64,000 nucleotides of DNA from assembly GCA_963706325.1 (NCBI GenBank), contig CAVPLT010000004.1, forward strand, positions 928,001 to 992,000, in the 5' to 3' direction. Shown piece after piece: positions 11,273 through 23,517 of the stretch. The notes under the pieces were generated by a model. That model was not told the DNA's origin and searched no databases. It saw only the letters and a list, made by a program, of their open reading frames with translations. How positions within the stretch are numbered: position 1 is the stretch's first letter; every line of letters starts with the position of its first letter. The position numbers and the translations under genes are program-made. Source of the stretch: an uncultured Nitrospiraceae bacterium. Its GTDB lineage: Bacteria > Nitrospirota > Nitrospiria > Nitrospirales > Nitrospiraceae.

Positions 11273-11449
11273 CTATGATTCCTTCGCCGGCACTTTCTTC
11301 CCTTTTATTCGCGCTTCAAACAAACCGATCGCAATGGCTTGTTTCCGGCTCGTTACTTTTTTGCCACTTCCGCTTTTGAGCTTCCCTTTCTTGCGTTTAT
11401 GCATCGCTTGCTTGACCGTTTTCTGAGCGCCCTGGCTGTATCTCGCCAT
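11273..11449 (-). CDS. 58-aa basic small protein (DUF6496-like), absent from the ORF track
   Basis: Hand translation: MARYSQGAQKTVKQAMHKRKKGKLKSGSGKKVTSRKQAIAIGLFEARIKGKKVPAKES*. GGAGGAG precedes the start, and KSGSG..V.SRKQAIAIGL.EAR is the family signature as I recall it. Confidence 0.82.
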   Translation of the reverse strand: MARYSQGAQKTVKQAMHKRKKGKLKSGSGKKVTSRKQAIAIGLFEARIKGKKVPAKES

Positions 11450-11465
11450 CTTCTCCTCCCTTTCT

Positions 11466-11640
11466 TCACTCTAGTTGGGACCGTGAAGGGTCCGATACCT
11501 CGTGCAGTACCGCTCCGGAAGTTTCTGCATTCAGGCCATCGACGATAAGGTCTCCCAAGGATACGATCCCGACCGGTTGTTTCGTTCTCGAGAGAATGGG
11601 CAATCGCCTGATCTGTTTTTTGGCCATGAGCTCCGCGGCT
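11466..11640 (-). pseudogene. C-terminal remnant of a CBS-domain protein
   Basis: Minus strand reads AAELMAKKQIRRLPIL, then a frameshift, then QPVGIVSLGDLIVDGLNAETSGAVLHEVSDPS. An in-frame TAA lies just upstream and there is no N-terminal half. Confidence 0.7.
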
Positions 11641-12826
11641 GCTTACTTGCCCTGCACCTTTTTCATTGTCACTCGCCTTCCCGTTTATCTTTACGCAGAT
11701 GACGAATGAGACCGACTAGGAAAAGCCCTGGCGACTGGACAGCCAGATCGCCGCGAACATCAACAAATTTCAGGATTCTGGACGGGAAGGCGTGCCCCTC
11801 ACGCTGCCTGAGCAACCGTCGGACGGTACTGAGCGCTCCTTGGACGGGTAATTCGCGCATGACATACAGCTAACGCACTTTATGGTGAGGCGTTCGAGAG
11901 GCCCCACGATTGCCGCAAGACTTGTATCCCCTGTGTGGCTACTCCCAACTTCCACATCCTCTTAGTACTTATCGAAAGAATGATCGAACCCATCGCCATC
12001 CGGTACTACGACACAGCTAATAGGCCAGGGCCAATTGCACTCACTCAATTGGTCCATTAACCGTAATCTACAGGATTCCGTCAAGCTTCATGAGGGTGCA
12101 ATCTGGATCGTGACAATGATGTAGCTTTCGGTTTCGTTCGAAACTACTTCACACCCATTGCTCGCCAAAATATAACCATCGCCTGGGGCTGTTCGGGTAA
12201 TGGGGACACATTTTAACCACAAGCCTCCTAGTCGCGACCGCAAATCTAAGTAATAGCGGACATGCTTGTCCTGGATCTGGCGACACCTGTCAGGTATCTC
12301 GTTTGGTTCTTTTTTCTAGTTCCAGTTCAACTCCTTCTCGCTTACCCAGGTGCGCACCATTCCATTCTCTGTTGTTGGGCTCTGCACCATACGCACCTTG
12401 CTGGGCCTTAAAAATTTGCCAGCTAATCCACTGTTTAGCTTTGTAGTGACTGACCGTTCGGCTCAAATCGCTCTATTCTTGTCGAACGCCGTCTTTCTTG
12501 CGGCTGCGCCAATGGCGAAAGTTTCGGAGGACAGAGCAGCAGGACGTTCTGAACCTGCGCATCGCCCCGATCCTGGCCGGCGCCTTGTCGCTGGTTGTTG
12601 GGCGTATATCAAACCACGAGGCTTTTTCAAGGAATCGGAGCGAGCGCTTTCCTTTGGTCGAAATGTTCCCTTTCGATGAGCAAACCAGTGTAGTTTTTAA
12701 AGCAATGCCTGGCTGAACCCATCATGCGCGCCTCATGGGCGCACGGAGGTCGTGAGGGATGGAGTTGAAATCGCGTCCAACTCTCTGTTGGAGGCTTGGG
12801 AGCAAAATAATGCTGATTGGGAAAAG

Positions 12827-13905
12827 ATGGGAATAATCTTGTGGGTGTTGCTGGTTGAAGATAGTGAGGACGATGAGCTGCTTCTTCAGCGGGCGTTGAT
12901 CCGGGATGGCCACACACCTTTCATCAGACGCGTGGACAGCTCAGACGCCATGCACGCGGCCTTGTGCGATGAAACGTGGGATCTCGTACTAGCCGATTGG
13001 AATCTTCCTCGATTCAGTGCCCTCATCGCATTGGAAATGATCAAGCGTACCGGCTTAGATCTTCCTTTCATTATCGTTTCGGGAATGATCGGCGAAGAAG
13101 CAGCAATCACGGCTATGAAAGCCGGCGCCCACGATTTTGTCATGAAATCCAACCTCGTGAGGCTGGTGCCAGCCATCCAACGCAGAGCTTCGGGCAGTAG
13201 AAGAGCGCAGAGCCAGGCGCCGTGCGGAAGCGGCGCGCCTCGAAGGTGAGGAAAGGTTGAAACTTGTTGCCCGCGCCACACAAGACGCCATCTGGGACTG
13301 GGATCTGACAACGAACGCACTCTGGTGGGGCGAAGGCCTGCACACGCTTTTCGGTTACGGAGTTCATGAGACGGGGCAGGAGGTCGAATTCTAGTACGAA
13401 TGCCTGCATCTTGAAGACAAGGACCGGGTGATTGCGGCGCGGTATGGGGCAATCAACAGCACGAAGGCCACTTGGTCAGACCAATATCGCTTCCGACTGG
13501 GGGACGGCAGATATGCCGACGTCCTCGACCGAGGTTATGTACTACGAAATCAAGAAGGCCTGGCACTGCGAGCCGTGGGCGGCCCTGATCGATCTCACCG
13601 AACAGAAGCGCCTACAAGCGGAGATGGTCGCAGCCTATGACCGCCTGCGCAGTCTTGTCTTGCAGATGGAACATACGAAGGAAGAAGAGCGGAAGCGGAT
13701 CGCACTGGAACTGCATGATGAGTTCGGGCAATTGTTGACGGGCCTCAAGCTGGATCTGTCGTCACTGGGCAAACAGCTCGGGAAACATGCAGGCAATTCG
13801 GCATTTGTCGCGAAGGTGGAGGCGCTGGGCGCCCTGGTTGACGATTCAATCCAATTGCTTTGCAAGGTCGCGTCTTACCTGCGGGATGACACTTTACACT
13901 CGTGA
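12827..13905 (+). pseudogene. decayed REC-PAS-HisKA_3 hybrid signalling protein
   Basis: REC (LLVEDSEDD...GAHDFVMKSNLVRL), PAS (DAIWDWDLTTN...YRFRLGDGRYADVLDRGYV) and HisKA_3 (ERKRIALELHDEFGQLLT) are spread over several frames. There is an internal TAG at 13392 and the ATPase domain is missing. Confidence 0.82.
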
Positions 13906-14448
13906 ACGGATAGGGGGCTTCGATGCGTACCTCAAAGAATGTCCTTCACCTGCCCGCCGCCATGCAGCCCGGGAAATCAGGAATTATTTTCTAACACCGT
14001 CCGTCGCCTTCTGTGCACGAATCCAAACTCAACCCTTTACATGCGGCGTAGTTTTCGCATAAGGTCCCTCAGAGGGTTAGGCGACCGTACGTAGAAGACG
14101 GTCTGGTCCATCATGGTGACAGAGTGTGTCGCAACCTGCGGCGCGCTCAGTCATCCTCCGTCGATTGAACAGGCCGGCGCTCCCTCCTTGTCTCCATTAT
14201 CGAACACATTCCGCTTCGGCACACGGATGGTTCTGTTCGGAACGGTTCCCTCCGCCGGATGCATCGGATACGATCGAATCCTGCAGAGCGGCCTGCGTTC
14301 GTGCAGACGTCCTGACCAACGAGACGGCTCCGGCAGGCCTATCAAACGGCATCCGGGAGCGAGGGGCATGACTGCAGGACCACACCGTAGCTGGTACGCG
14401 AGGACGGATCCGATGTCTCTTGGCGAGGACCAACTGAGGGAAGATGTG

Positions 14449-17190
14449 ATGCAGTGGCACAGCCTTGAGGTCAAGGAGGTGATTGGACGATTAGAGACAA
14501 ACCGGCATGGTGGATTACCTCTGGAAGAGGCGAGGCGACGGCTGCTGCAGTACGGTCCCAATCGTCCTCCCCCACCGCCCAAACATCCGGCATGGTTGCG
14601 GTTTCTCTTACAGTTCCACAATGTCCTGATTTACATGATGCTGGCCGCAGCCGGGATCGCGGCCTTGCTCAGCCATTGGATAGACGCGGCCGTCCTGTTC
14701 GCCGCCGTCATCGTCAATGCCGTCATCGGGTTTATCCAGGAGGGCAAGGCGGAGGAAGCCCTCGATGCGATCAGCAACATGCTCTCGCTGCATACGACGA
14801 TTCTGCGCAACGCCGAACGAACCGAAACGGCCGCCGAGACCGTCGTGCCGGGGGATATCGTGCTCCTCGTCTCCGGTGATAAGGTGCCGGCCGATCTCCG
14901 ACTCATTGCAGGCAAAGGCCTGCGTGTGAACGAGGCGATTCTGACCGGGGAGTCACAATCGGTAGAGAAGCAGGCGATGCCGGTGCAAGCGGATGCCCCG
15001 CTGGGCGATCGCCGCTGCATGCTCTACTCAGGCACCCTGGTCGCCTCCGGTAAGGCGGTCGGCGTGGTCGTCGCGACGGGGATCCGAACCGAACTCGGTC
15101 ACATCAGTTCCATGTTGGCGCAGGTGCAGCAGGTGACGACCCCTCTGCTGCGCCAGATGGCCGGGTTCAGCCGGTTTCTGGCGATCGCCATCGGCCTGTT
15201 GGCCCTCGTCACCTTCATCATCGGTGTCCAGTGGCGCGGTCATGCCCTCGACGAGATGTTCATGATGGTCGTGGCCCTGGCAGCCTCATCCATTCCCGAA
15301 GGGCTTCCGGCGATCCTGACAATTACGCTGGCGCTCGGCGTGCGGCGCATGGCCAGGCGCAACGCGATCATACGGCACCTGCCGGTGGTCGAAACGCTTG
15401 GGTCGGTCACGGTCATCTGTTCCGACAAGACCGGCACCTTGACCAGGAATGAGATGACGGTTCAGGCCATCACCAGCGGCGACCATGGATTCGAGGTCAC
15501 CGGGGTGGGGTATGCGCCGGAGGGCGGCTTTCATCTCGCAGGAACCGCGGTATCGGCCACTGACTATCCCGAGCTGATGAGCGCCGTACGCGCCGCCCTC
15601 TTCTGCAACGATGTGCGACTGCGTAATGACGATGGCGTCTGGCAGGTCGAGGGTGATCCGACGGAGGGCGCCCTGTTGGCGCTGGCTGCAAAGGCCGGCA
15701 TCGACCGGACGTCGGAGCCTGCCACTCTTCCGCGTACCGATGCCATTCCTTTCGAGTCCGAGCATCGATTCATGGCGACGCTGCACCACGACCATGAAAA
15801 TCACGGGTTCATCTTCGTGAAGGGAGCGCCCGAACGTATTCTAGACATGTGTGACCGGTACCGTGCCGGTGCCGTCGACTTGCGGATCGATCAGGATTAC
15901 TGGCGCGGACGAATGAGAGACTACGCCAATCAGGGAATACGCATGCTTGCCGTGGCCGAAAAACAGGCCCCGTCCAGGCAGCATGACCTGCGGTTTTCGG
16001 ACCTCGAACGAGGCTGCACCCTCCTCGCTCTGCTGGGCATCATCGATCTGCCTCGAGAAGAAGCCATGGCGGCCGTGGCTGAGTGCGCCTCCGCCGGCAT
16101 CCGGGTCAAAATGATCACCGGCGACCATGCCGACACCGCGCGGGCGATCGGCTCGCGCATCGGCATCGGCCTCGGTAAATCGGCGTTGACCGGTTCCGAG
16201 GTTGAAACCATGGATGACGCGCAGCTTCGACGGGTCGTGACGGATATCGATGTGTTCGCCCGCGCCAGTCCCGGACATAAACTGCGGCTCGTCCATGCGC
16301 TGCAAGCGACCGGTCAGGTGGTCGCCATGACCGGCGACGGGGTCAACGATGCGCCGGCGCTCAAGTGGGCGGACATCGGGATAGCCATGGGGTTGAAAGG
16401 CACCGACGCCGCAAAGGAAGCGGCCGACATGGTGCTCGCCGACGACAACTTCGCGACGATCAGCAGCGCGGTGCGCGAGGGGCGGGGAATCTACGACAGC
16501 ATCCGGAAATTCGTCCTGTTCATGCTGCCCACCAACGGGGGCGAAGCCCTGGTGGTGACCGCGGCGATTCTATTCGAGCTGACGCTGCCGCTGACGGCGG
16601 CGCAGGTCCTATGGATCAACATGGCCACGTCGAGCACGCTCGGCCTGGCCCTGGCTTTCGAGCTGCCGGAATCCGACGTGATGCAGCGGTCTCCGCGCGA
16701 TCCCCGGGAACCGCTCCTGTCCTGGTTTTTCCTGTGGCGGGTCATGATGGTGTCCGTATTAATGATGACCGGGGCGCTTGGGCTGTTTCTCTGGGAGCTC
16801 CACCAGGGCGCCCGCCTGGAAACGGCGCGGACCATGGCCGTGAGCGCAGTGGTGCTGTCAGAAATGTTCTATTTGCTGAATAGCCGCTATATTTACAGGT
16901 CGGTGTTGTCGAGGGAAGGGCTGTTCGGCAATCGCTATGTTCCGATCGTCATCGCGGCTTGCGCGGCGCTGCAGCTTGCCTATGTCCATACGGGTCCGTT
17001 ACAGATGGTGTTCGGGTCAACCGATTTGACCGCGCTCGAATGGCTCAAGGTATGCCTGGCCGGGGCGCTGGTATTTACGGTCGCGGAAACGGAGAAAGCC
17101 GTCATTCGCCTGTTCGGACTCCAAGGCCACCGCTCGACCGCCGATCCGGTTGCAGGACCGGGGACCTCAACCATGCGGGAGCAGACCTGA
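14449..17190 (+). CDS. cation-transporting P-type ATPase (P2 type, CtpF/PacL-like)
   Basis: TGES, IPEGLP, DKTGTLT, KGAPE, TGD and GDGVNDAP motifs. Likely start is MQWHSL at 14449. Confidence 0.93.
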   Translation: MQWHSLEVKEVIGRLETNRHGGLPLEEARRRLLQYGPNRPPPPPKHPAWLRFLLQFHNVLIYMMLAAAGIAALLSHWIDAAVLFAAVIVNAVIGFIQEGKAEEALDAISNMLSLHTTILRNAERTETAAETVVPGDIVLLVSGDKVPADLRLIAGKGLRVNEAILTGESQSVEKQAMPVQADAPLGDRRCMLYSGTLVASGKAVGVVVATGIRTELGHISSMLAQVQQVTTPLLRQMAGFSRFLAIAIGLLALVTFIIGVQWRGHALDEMFMMVVALAASSIPEGLPAILTITLALGVRRMARRNAIIRHLPVVETLGSVTVICSDKTGTLTRNEMTVQAITSGDHGFEVTGVGYAPEGGFHLAGTAVSATDYPELMSAVRAALFCNDVRLRNDDGVWQVEGDPTEGALLALAAKAGIDRTSEPATLPRTDAIPFESEHRFMATLHHDHENHGFIFVKGAPERILDMCDRYRAGAVDLRIDQDYWRGRMRDYANQGIRMLAVAEKQAPSRQHDLRFSDLERGCTLLALLGIIDLPREEAMAAVAECASAGIRVKMITGDHADTARAIGSRIGIGLGKSALTGSEVETMDDAQLRRVVTDIDVFARASPGHKLRLVHALQATGQVVAMTGDGVNDAPALKWADIGIAMGLKGTDAAKEAADMVLADDNFATISSAVREGRGIYDSIRKFVLFMLPTNGGEALVVTAAILFELTLPLTAAQVLWINMATSSTLGLALAFELPESDVMQRSPRDPREPLLSWFFLWRVMMVSVLMMTGALGLFLWELHQGARLETARTMAVSAVVLSEMFYLLNSRYIYRSVLSREGLFGNRYVPIVIAACAALQLAYVHTGPLQMVFGSTDLTALEWLKVCLAGALVFTVAETEKAVIRLFGLQGHRSTADPVAGPGTSTMREQT

Positions 17191-18081
17191 TGAATATCGC
17201 ATCCGTCATCGTCGCAGTCGATTTTTCAGACCATGCCGGGCATGCCGCCGATGCGCGCGGCCATGCTGGCGGCGGAACAACGGGCGCAATTGGACCTGCT
17301 GCATGTGATCAGCGGCTCCTCGCTGGATAGCCTTCATAATTGGTTAGGCGCGCCGCCCGATGCGGAGGCCAAGCTGCGTGAGGATGCGGAGCGTTCCCTC
17401 AACGAGATGATCCATGACATCGCCGCCAAGAGAAACGTCGCGGCGCGCGCCCTCGTGAAGACCGGTCAGGTGCTGAATCAGATTCTCTCGGCGTCGGAAT
17501 CGTCGGATCTGCTGGTCCTGGGAGCGCATGGATTGAACCCCTTGCGCGATCTGATCCTCGGCACGACGGCAGAACGCCTGCTGCGAACCAGCAAGCGGCC
17601 GGTGCTCGTCACCAAATGCCCGCCGCAGGCGCCGTACGAACAGGTCCTCGTACCGGTGGACTTTTCCATGTATTCCGCCCCCGCGCTGGAAAGGGCGAGG
17701 CAGATCGCTCCCAATGCTCGCATCACGATTGTCCATGCGTTTCGGGTTCCGTTCGAAGGGAAACTCAGGATAGCCGGCGTCGCGGATGATTCCATCCTGG
17801 CCTACTGCGAAGAAGAGCGACAGGAAGCCGTCAAGAATGTTAAGGAACTCATTCGCGGTTCCGACGATGAGGCGCACCGGATATCGTATGCCGTCGAGCG
17901 CGGGAATGTGTCTCGCGTGATTCTGGCCCAAGAAGAGCAGTTATCGGCGGACTTGATCGTCATCGGCAAGCACGGGCGGTCCATGGTCGAAGAATGGCTC
18001 CTTGGGGGCGTCACGCGCCATGTCCTTGCCGGTTCGAAATGTGACGTGCTTGTCGTCCATGAGAGAACAAAGGTCGAGTAA
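17190..18081 (+). CDS. tandem-domain universal stress protein (frameshift near 17250)
   Basis: [16 protein letters not shown] starts overlapping the ATPase stop and continues, after one extra base, as MRAAMLA. Two USP repeats follow (LLVLGAHG...LGTTAE and LIVIGKHG...LGGVT). Confidence 0.85.
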
Positions 18082-18090
18082 ATCTCTGTC

Positions 18091-20872
18091 ATGGTACTAC
18101 CGGCCATCATCCTGCTTCCCTTGCTTGCCGCGGCAGCCGCGCTGTGGGCGCAACGTCGCGGCTTCACCGCGGCCGCCTGGGCCGCCGCCCTGCCGGTCGC
18201 CGCAAGCCTGACCTTGCTGGTTGGGAAAGTCCCCGAGATACTTGTCGGCGAAAAATTCCTCATCAGCTGGCCATGGCTGCCGGAGCTCGGTTTCAATTTG
18301 TCGTTCAGACTCGATGGGCTCGGACTTCTGTTTGCGTTGCTCATCCTCGGCATCGGGCTGCTCGTCATTCTCTACGCGCGCTATTATCTTTCTCCGGAGG
18401 CTCACATCGGCAGATTGTATGCGCTGCTCATGTTGTTCATGACCGCGATGCTGGGCCTCGTGCTGTCTGAAAACGTCCTGCTGCTCGTCATGTTCTGGGA
18501 GCTGACGAGCCTGGTCTCCTTCCTGCTCATCGGGTTTTGGACTCACAGCCCTCTGGCCCGCCAGGGCGCGCGCATGGCGTTCGCCGTCACGAGCGCCGGC
18601 GGACTCGCCCTGCTCGCAGGGGTGCTGCTGATCGGCAATATCGCAGGCAGCTTCGAACTCACAATTTGGTTCTCGTCGCGCGAGGCCATCCGGAGCCACC
18701 CCACTTTCAACGTCGCGCTGGTGCTGATTCTTTTGGGCGCGTTCACGAAATCAGCGCAGTTTCCGTTTCATTTCTGGCTGCCTGCGGCGATGGCCGCGCC
18801 CACGCCCGTGTCTGCCTATCTGCACTCCGCCACGATGGTGAAGGCAGGGGTGTTCCTGCTCGCGAGGCTCTATCCGTTGGTGGGGGGGAACCTGGTGTTC
18901 GAGTACGTGACGACCACCGTCGGCCTGACGACCTTCGTGTTCGGCGCCTATGTGGCGATGTTCAGGCATGATCTGAAGGGCCTGCTCGCATACTCGACCA
19001 TCAGCCACCTCGGCCTCATCACGTTTCTGATGGGTCTCGATACGCCGATGTCTTCAGTAGCCGCGATATTTCACATCGGCAACCATGCCACCTTCAAGGC
19101 GTCACTGTTCATGGCGGCCGGTATCATCGATCATGAGTGCGGGACCCGCGATATGCGGCGGCTGGGAGGACTCTGGCGCCGGATGCCGCAGACGACGATA
19201 CTCGCCATCGTGGCCGCCTCGGCGATGGCCGGCGTGCCGCTCTTCAACGGATTTCTCTCCAAAGAAATGTTCTTCGCGGAGGCGCTCGATCTGCAACATC
19301 TGCCCTCTGCTCGGCGGGATGGGCCCGGCTGCCGTCACGCTGGGCTCAATGTTCAGCGTGGCCTATTCCGTGCGTTTCATTCACGACGTGTTCTTCGATG
19401 AGCCGCACGACCTCCCGCACACCCCCGGCAAGCCGCCACGCTACATGAAGGTGCCGGCTGAAGTGCTGGCGATCGTCTGCGTCGCGGTCGGCGTGTTGCC
19501 CGGCTACACCGTCGCACCGCTGGTCAATGTGGCGGCGCGGGACGTGGTGGGCGACGCGTTGCCCGTCTATGAAATCGCGTTGTGGCATGGTCTCACGCTG
19601 CCGTTGCTCATGAGCGTGGGCGCCCTTGCCGGAGGCGTGGTTGTGTATTGGCTGTTACGGCGTCGATACGATCTGCATCTGCATGTGCCGGCGCGTTATA
19701 CCGGGCGCCTGTTGTTTCAGCATGCCTATGATGGAATTGTCGCAGTCGCGGGCCGCCTTACCAGCTCGGATGGCAGAACGGCTCGCTCCAGCGCTATCTC
19801 GCGCTCACAATCGCGACGGTAATCGGACTCGGCCTAGGGCCGTTCCTCGAGTTTGGATTCGTGGCCGGCGAGGCGGAGCTCGACTCCGGTGACGCCGCTT
19901 GCGCTCGTCATGTGGACTGCGGCAATCGCGGCCGCGCTCGGCGCCGTCTGGTTTCATCGCGAGCGCGTCGTGGCCGTCATACTGGCCGGCGTCGTCGGTC
20001 TGGCCGTTTCGGTCGCCTTTGCTTATTTTTCCGCTCCGGACCTCGCGTTGACACAGCTCGCCGTCGAGGTCGTCACGACCCTCGTGATGCTCCTAGCGCT
20101 GGCCCTTCTGCCGCAGTCGGCAGCCGCGGAGTCGACGCGACGGCGAAAAATTCGCGATGCCGTCCTTGCGGTCACGGCCGGTAGCGGCGTGGCGGCGTTA
20201 TCATTGGCTGTCCTGACGCGCGGGCAGGAATCCATTGCCTGGTATTTCCTTGAGAACAGCCTACCGAAGGGGGGCGGGGCCAATGTCGTGAACGTGTTGC
20301 TCGTCGACTTCCGGGGCTTCGATACGTTCGGCGAGATCACCGTCCTAAGCATGGCTGCGATGGGAGCCTGGATCGTGACGGCAGGACTGCGCGTGGAGCG
20401 GCCTGCCGTGATAAGGTCGTCTGAAACGACCGGAATCATGTTCGCGGTGGCGGCGCGACTGCTGCTGCCTTTTATACTCCTCGTAGCCATCTACCTGTTT
20501 CTACGGGGCCATAATCAGCCGGGCGGCGGATTTCTCGCGGGGCTCGTCGTCGCGATTGCGCTCATCATGCAGTATATGGGCGAGGGCCTGCAGCAAACGT
20601 TGGCCCGCATGCGCATCGACTTCAGAATCCTGCTCGGTTCCGGCCTGTTGCTCGCCGGCTTGACTGGTTTCGCCGGCCTGCTTGCGGGCGCGGCGTTTCT
20701 CACCAGCGCAGTAGGCCATCCGCATGTCCCGTTGTTGGGTGAGATTCCGCTTGCCAGCGCCACGGCGTTCGACCTCGGCGTATTCATGGCGGTGCTCGGG
20801 GCGACCCTCCTGACAATGACCGTCCTTGGACAGGCCCGGCGCAGGTTTCCCTCAACCGGCGAGGTCCTGTGA
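18091..20872 (+). CDS. mrpA: Mrp/Pha antiporter fused A-B subunit (three apparent frameshifts)
   Basis: FTKSAQFPFHFWLP.AMAAPTPVSAYLHSATMVKAG, GFLSKEMF, QNGSLQRY, APDLALTQL, VDFRGFDTFGE and GHNQPGGGF. Frame changes occur near 19304, 19770 and 19880. Confidence 0.88.
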
Positions 20873-21225
20873 TGGAGCTGCTGATCGCCATCGGGCTTGG
20901 GATCGTCACCGCCTGTGGCCTATATCTGGTTCTGCGCGGGCGCACGTTCCCGGTGGTGCTTGGCCTGTCGCTGGTCTCCTATGCCGTCAACCTATTCATC
21001 TTGGCCATGGGAAGGCTGACCACCGGCGCGCCTCCCATCCTCTCACCGGAAGCGACAGGATACGCCGACCCCATACCGCAGGCGCTGGTGCTGACGGCCA
21101 TCGTCATCAGTTTCGGCATGACCGGTTTTCTCATGGCGCTCGCGGTGCGCACCTGGCATCAGACGGGGAGTGATCATGTGGACGGCGCTGAGCCGGCGGT
21201 CTCCAGGCCGGTGGGTGAGCCATGA
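20869..21225 (+). CDS. mrpC: Mrp/Pha antiporter subunit C
   Basis: DPIPQALVLTAIVISFG signature, and operon position. Confidence 0.93.
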   Translation: MMELLIAIGLGIVTACGLYLVLRGRTFPVVLGLSLVSYAVNLFILAMGRLTTGAPPILSPEATGYADPIPQALVLTAIVISFGMTGFLMALAVRTWHQTGSDHVDGAEPAVSRPVGEP

Positions 21226-22769
21226 ACCACCTGCTGGCGGTACCGATTGTCCTACCTGCGTTCATGGCTGCGCTGCTTCTTGTCATGCAGCGAGCACCGA
21301 TGGCCATAGCGCGCGCGCTCAGTGCGCTCGCCACGGCGGGTCTTTGCGCAGCCGCGCTCGCCCTTTTGGTGCAAGTCCAAGCCGGTACGCCGCTCGTCTA
21401 TCAAGTCGGCAATTGGCCGGCGCCGTTTGGAATCGTGTTGGTTGCCGACCGCCTCTCCGCCTTGATGCTTCTGCTGACGGCGGTGCTTGCCCTTGCGGTG
21501 CTGCTCTATGCGGTGCAAGGTTGGGATGCGCGCGGACAGTACTTCCACCCGCTCTTTCTGTTTCAGCTGATGGGATTGAACGGCGCCTTCCTCGCGGGAG
21601 ACCTGTTCAATCTGTTCGTCTTCTTCGAAATCCTTCTGATCGCATCGTATTGCCTGGCGTTGCAGGGCCTGATTGTCGAACGACTGCGCGCCACCCTGCA
21701 CTATGCCGCAATCAACATCGCCGCCTCCAGTGTCTTTCTCATTGCCGTCAGCCTGTTGTATGGTGTCACCGGGACGCTCAACATGGCGCACCTGGCCGCG
21801 CGCGTGGCACTGGTGCGGACGGAGGACGTGGCGCTGGTGCGAGCGGCAGGTGTCCTGCTGCTCGCAGTGTTCTCGATCAAGGCCGCGCTCTTTCCCCTCT
21901 ATTTTTGGCTGCCTGCGGTCTATTCCAATGCGCCGGCTCCGGTCGCTGCCCTTTTTTCGATTATGACGAAGGTCGGTGTCTACGCGATTATTCGAATCAC
22001 CACGCTCATCTATGGCGCGGAGGCTGCTGTCGTGATGGAGTTGACATCGCCTTGGCTCCTGCCATGCGCTCTCATTACCATTGGGCTGGGCGCGCTGGGC
22101 GCACTCGGAGCCGGACGCCTCGCGACCATGACTGCGTATTTGACGATCGCGTCGGCCGGCACGATCCTTACCGCCGTGGCGATCGGCGGCGCGGCGGCCT
22201 TCTCTGCGGGGCTCTATTATCTGGCGCACTCGACCATCGTCATTGCTATGCTCTTCCTCCTCGGCGACCTGCTCGGGCGCAGCCGGGGCGACATGAGCGA
22301 CCAGATCCATCCGGGGCCGCAGATCCGCGGCGCAACCTCACTGGGCCTCGCGTTCCTCTTTGCGGGCGCCACGGTAGCCGGAGTCCCGCCGTTATCGGGA
22401 TTTCTCGGAAAGTTCATGGTGCTGCAAAGCGCGAAGGACGCGTTGGCCGTCATTCCGATCTGGACGATCATCGTGATGACAAGCGTGCTCATGCTGGTCG
22501 GCTGCGCCCGCGCCGGCAGCATCGTGCTCTGGAATGTGACCGACCCTCTCCCGTCCGCGCCGGCTCCTGCCCCGCGCGCCGGCGAATTGACGGCCCTGGC
22601 GGCGCTCGGCGCCTGCAGCCTGCTCCTGGTCCTGTTCGCGGCTCCCATCACCCGCTACACCGATGAAACGGCCGCGCAGTTGCTCTCGCCGGCCTCCTAC
22701 ATTGAGGCAGTGCTCGGATCTCAGCGGGATGGTCTCGTCCGACCGCATGGGGCGGGTGGTCCGCGGTGA
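21222..22769 (+). CDS. mrpD: Mrp/Pha antiporter subunit D
   Basis: WPAPFGIVLVADRL, GDLFNLFVFFEILL, MTKVGVY and PPLSGFLGK. Confidence 0.94.
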   Translation: MNHLLAVPIVLPAFMAALLLVMQRAPMAIARALSALATAGLCAAALALLVQVQAGTPLVYQVGNWPAPFGIVLVADRLSALMLLLTAVLALAVLLYAVQGWDARGQYFHPLFLFQLMGLNGAFLAGDLFNLFVFFEILLIASYCLALQGLIVERLRATLHYAAINIAASSVFLIAVSLLYGVTGTLNMAHLAARVALVRTEDVALVRAAGVLLLAVFSIKAALFPLYFWLPAVYSNAPAPVAALFSIMTKVGVYAIIRITTLIYGAEAAVVMELTSPWLLPCALITIGLGALGALGAGRLATMTAYLTIASAGTILTAVAIGGAAAFSAGLYYLAHSTIVIAMLFLLGDLLGRSRGDMSDQIHPGPQIRGATSLGLAFLFAGATVAGVPPLSGFLGKFMVLQSAKDALAVIPIWTIIVMTSVLMLVGCARAGSIVLWNVTDPLPSAPAPAPRAGELTALAALGACSLLLVLFAAPITRYTDETAAQLLSPASYIEAVLGSQRDGLVRPHGAGGPR

Positions 22770-23251
22770 AGAAGGCGCTTCCATTTCCGGGGCTGTCGCT
22801 GGCGCTTGCGGGCTGTTGGCTGGTTCTCACGGAGATGTCATCAGCTCAAGCCGCCCTGGCGATCGTTCTTGCGCTTGCCATCCCGCACATCACGGCGCCG
22901 TTCTTAGGCCAACTGCCGGGAATTCGCTCGACGGGAACGGCCTTGCGCCTTGCGGGAATAGTCATGTGGGATATCGTACTGGCGAACATCGCGGTTGCGC
23001 GGTTGGTGCTCGGGCCGGTCCCGCGCCTGCGGCCTGGCTTCGTACACGTGCCGCTTGCCGTCACTCATCCCCATGCGATTGCGCTGTTTGCCGGCATTGT
23101 GTCCATCGTTCCCGGCTCGCTGTCCATCGCATTTTCGCCGGATGCCCGCACTCTGCTTCTGCACGTGCTCGACCTGGAAGACGCGAATCATTTCGTCACG
23201 AGGATCAAGGAGCGATACGAGCGCCCGATCATGGACATGCTAGAATGCTGA
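22766..23251 (+). CDS. mrpE: Mrp/Pha antiporter subunit E
   Basis: DIVLANIAVA...LRPGFV, PGSL and LLHVLD...IKERYERP. Confidence 0.9.
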   Translation: MKKALPFPGLSLALAGCWLVLTEMSSAQAALAIVLALAIPHITAPFLGQLPGIRSTGTALRLAGIVMWDIVLANIAVARLVLGPVPRLRPGFVHVPLAVTHPHAIALFAGIVSIVPGSLSIAFSPDARTLLLHVLDLEDANHFVTRIKERYERPIMDMLEC

Positions 23252-23514
23252 CCGTCGCGCTCTCCATCGCCTTCGGTTCCATCGCGCTTGCGATTATCTT
23301 TTGTACTGTGCGTCTGCTGCTTGGTCCCGACCAAGCCGATCGAGTACTGGCATTCGATACGCTGTACATCAACACCATCGCATTGCTGATCGTCCTGGGC
23401 ATTCATCAGTCCACCTCCGTGTTTTACGAGGCAGCGCTCCTGATCGCGATGATCGGGTTCGTCGCGACCGCGGCATTGGCACGCTATCTTGCCCGCGGCG
23501 GTATTGGAGAGTAA
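23245..23514 (+). CDS. mrpF: Mrp/Pha antiporter subunit F
   Basis: Start MLTVAL at 23245. RLLLGP...DRVLAFDTLYIN and GFVAT.ALA motifs. Confidence 0.9.
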   Translation: MLTVALSIAFGSIALAIIFCTVRLLLGPDQADRVLAFDTLYINTIALLIVLGIHQSTSVFYEAALLIAMIGFVATAALARYLARGGIGE

Positions 23515-23517
23515 CAA

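Noticed and set aside
14113..14448. 112-aa N-terminal extension of the first P-type ATPase
   Set aside because: It looks like non-coding read-through. Family-like sequence begins at MQWHSL (14449).
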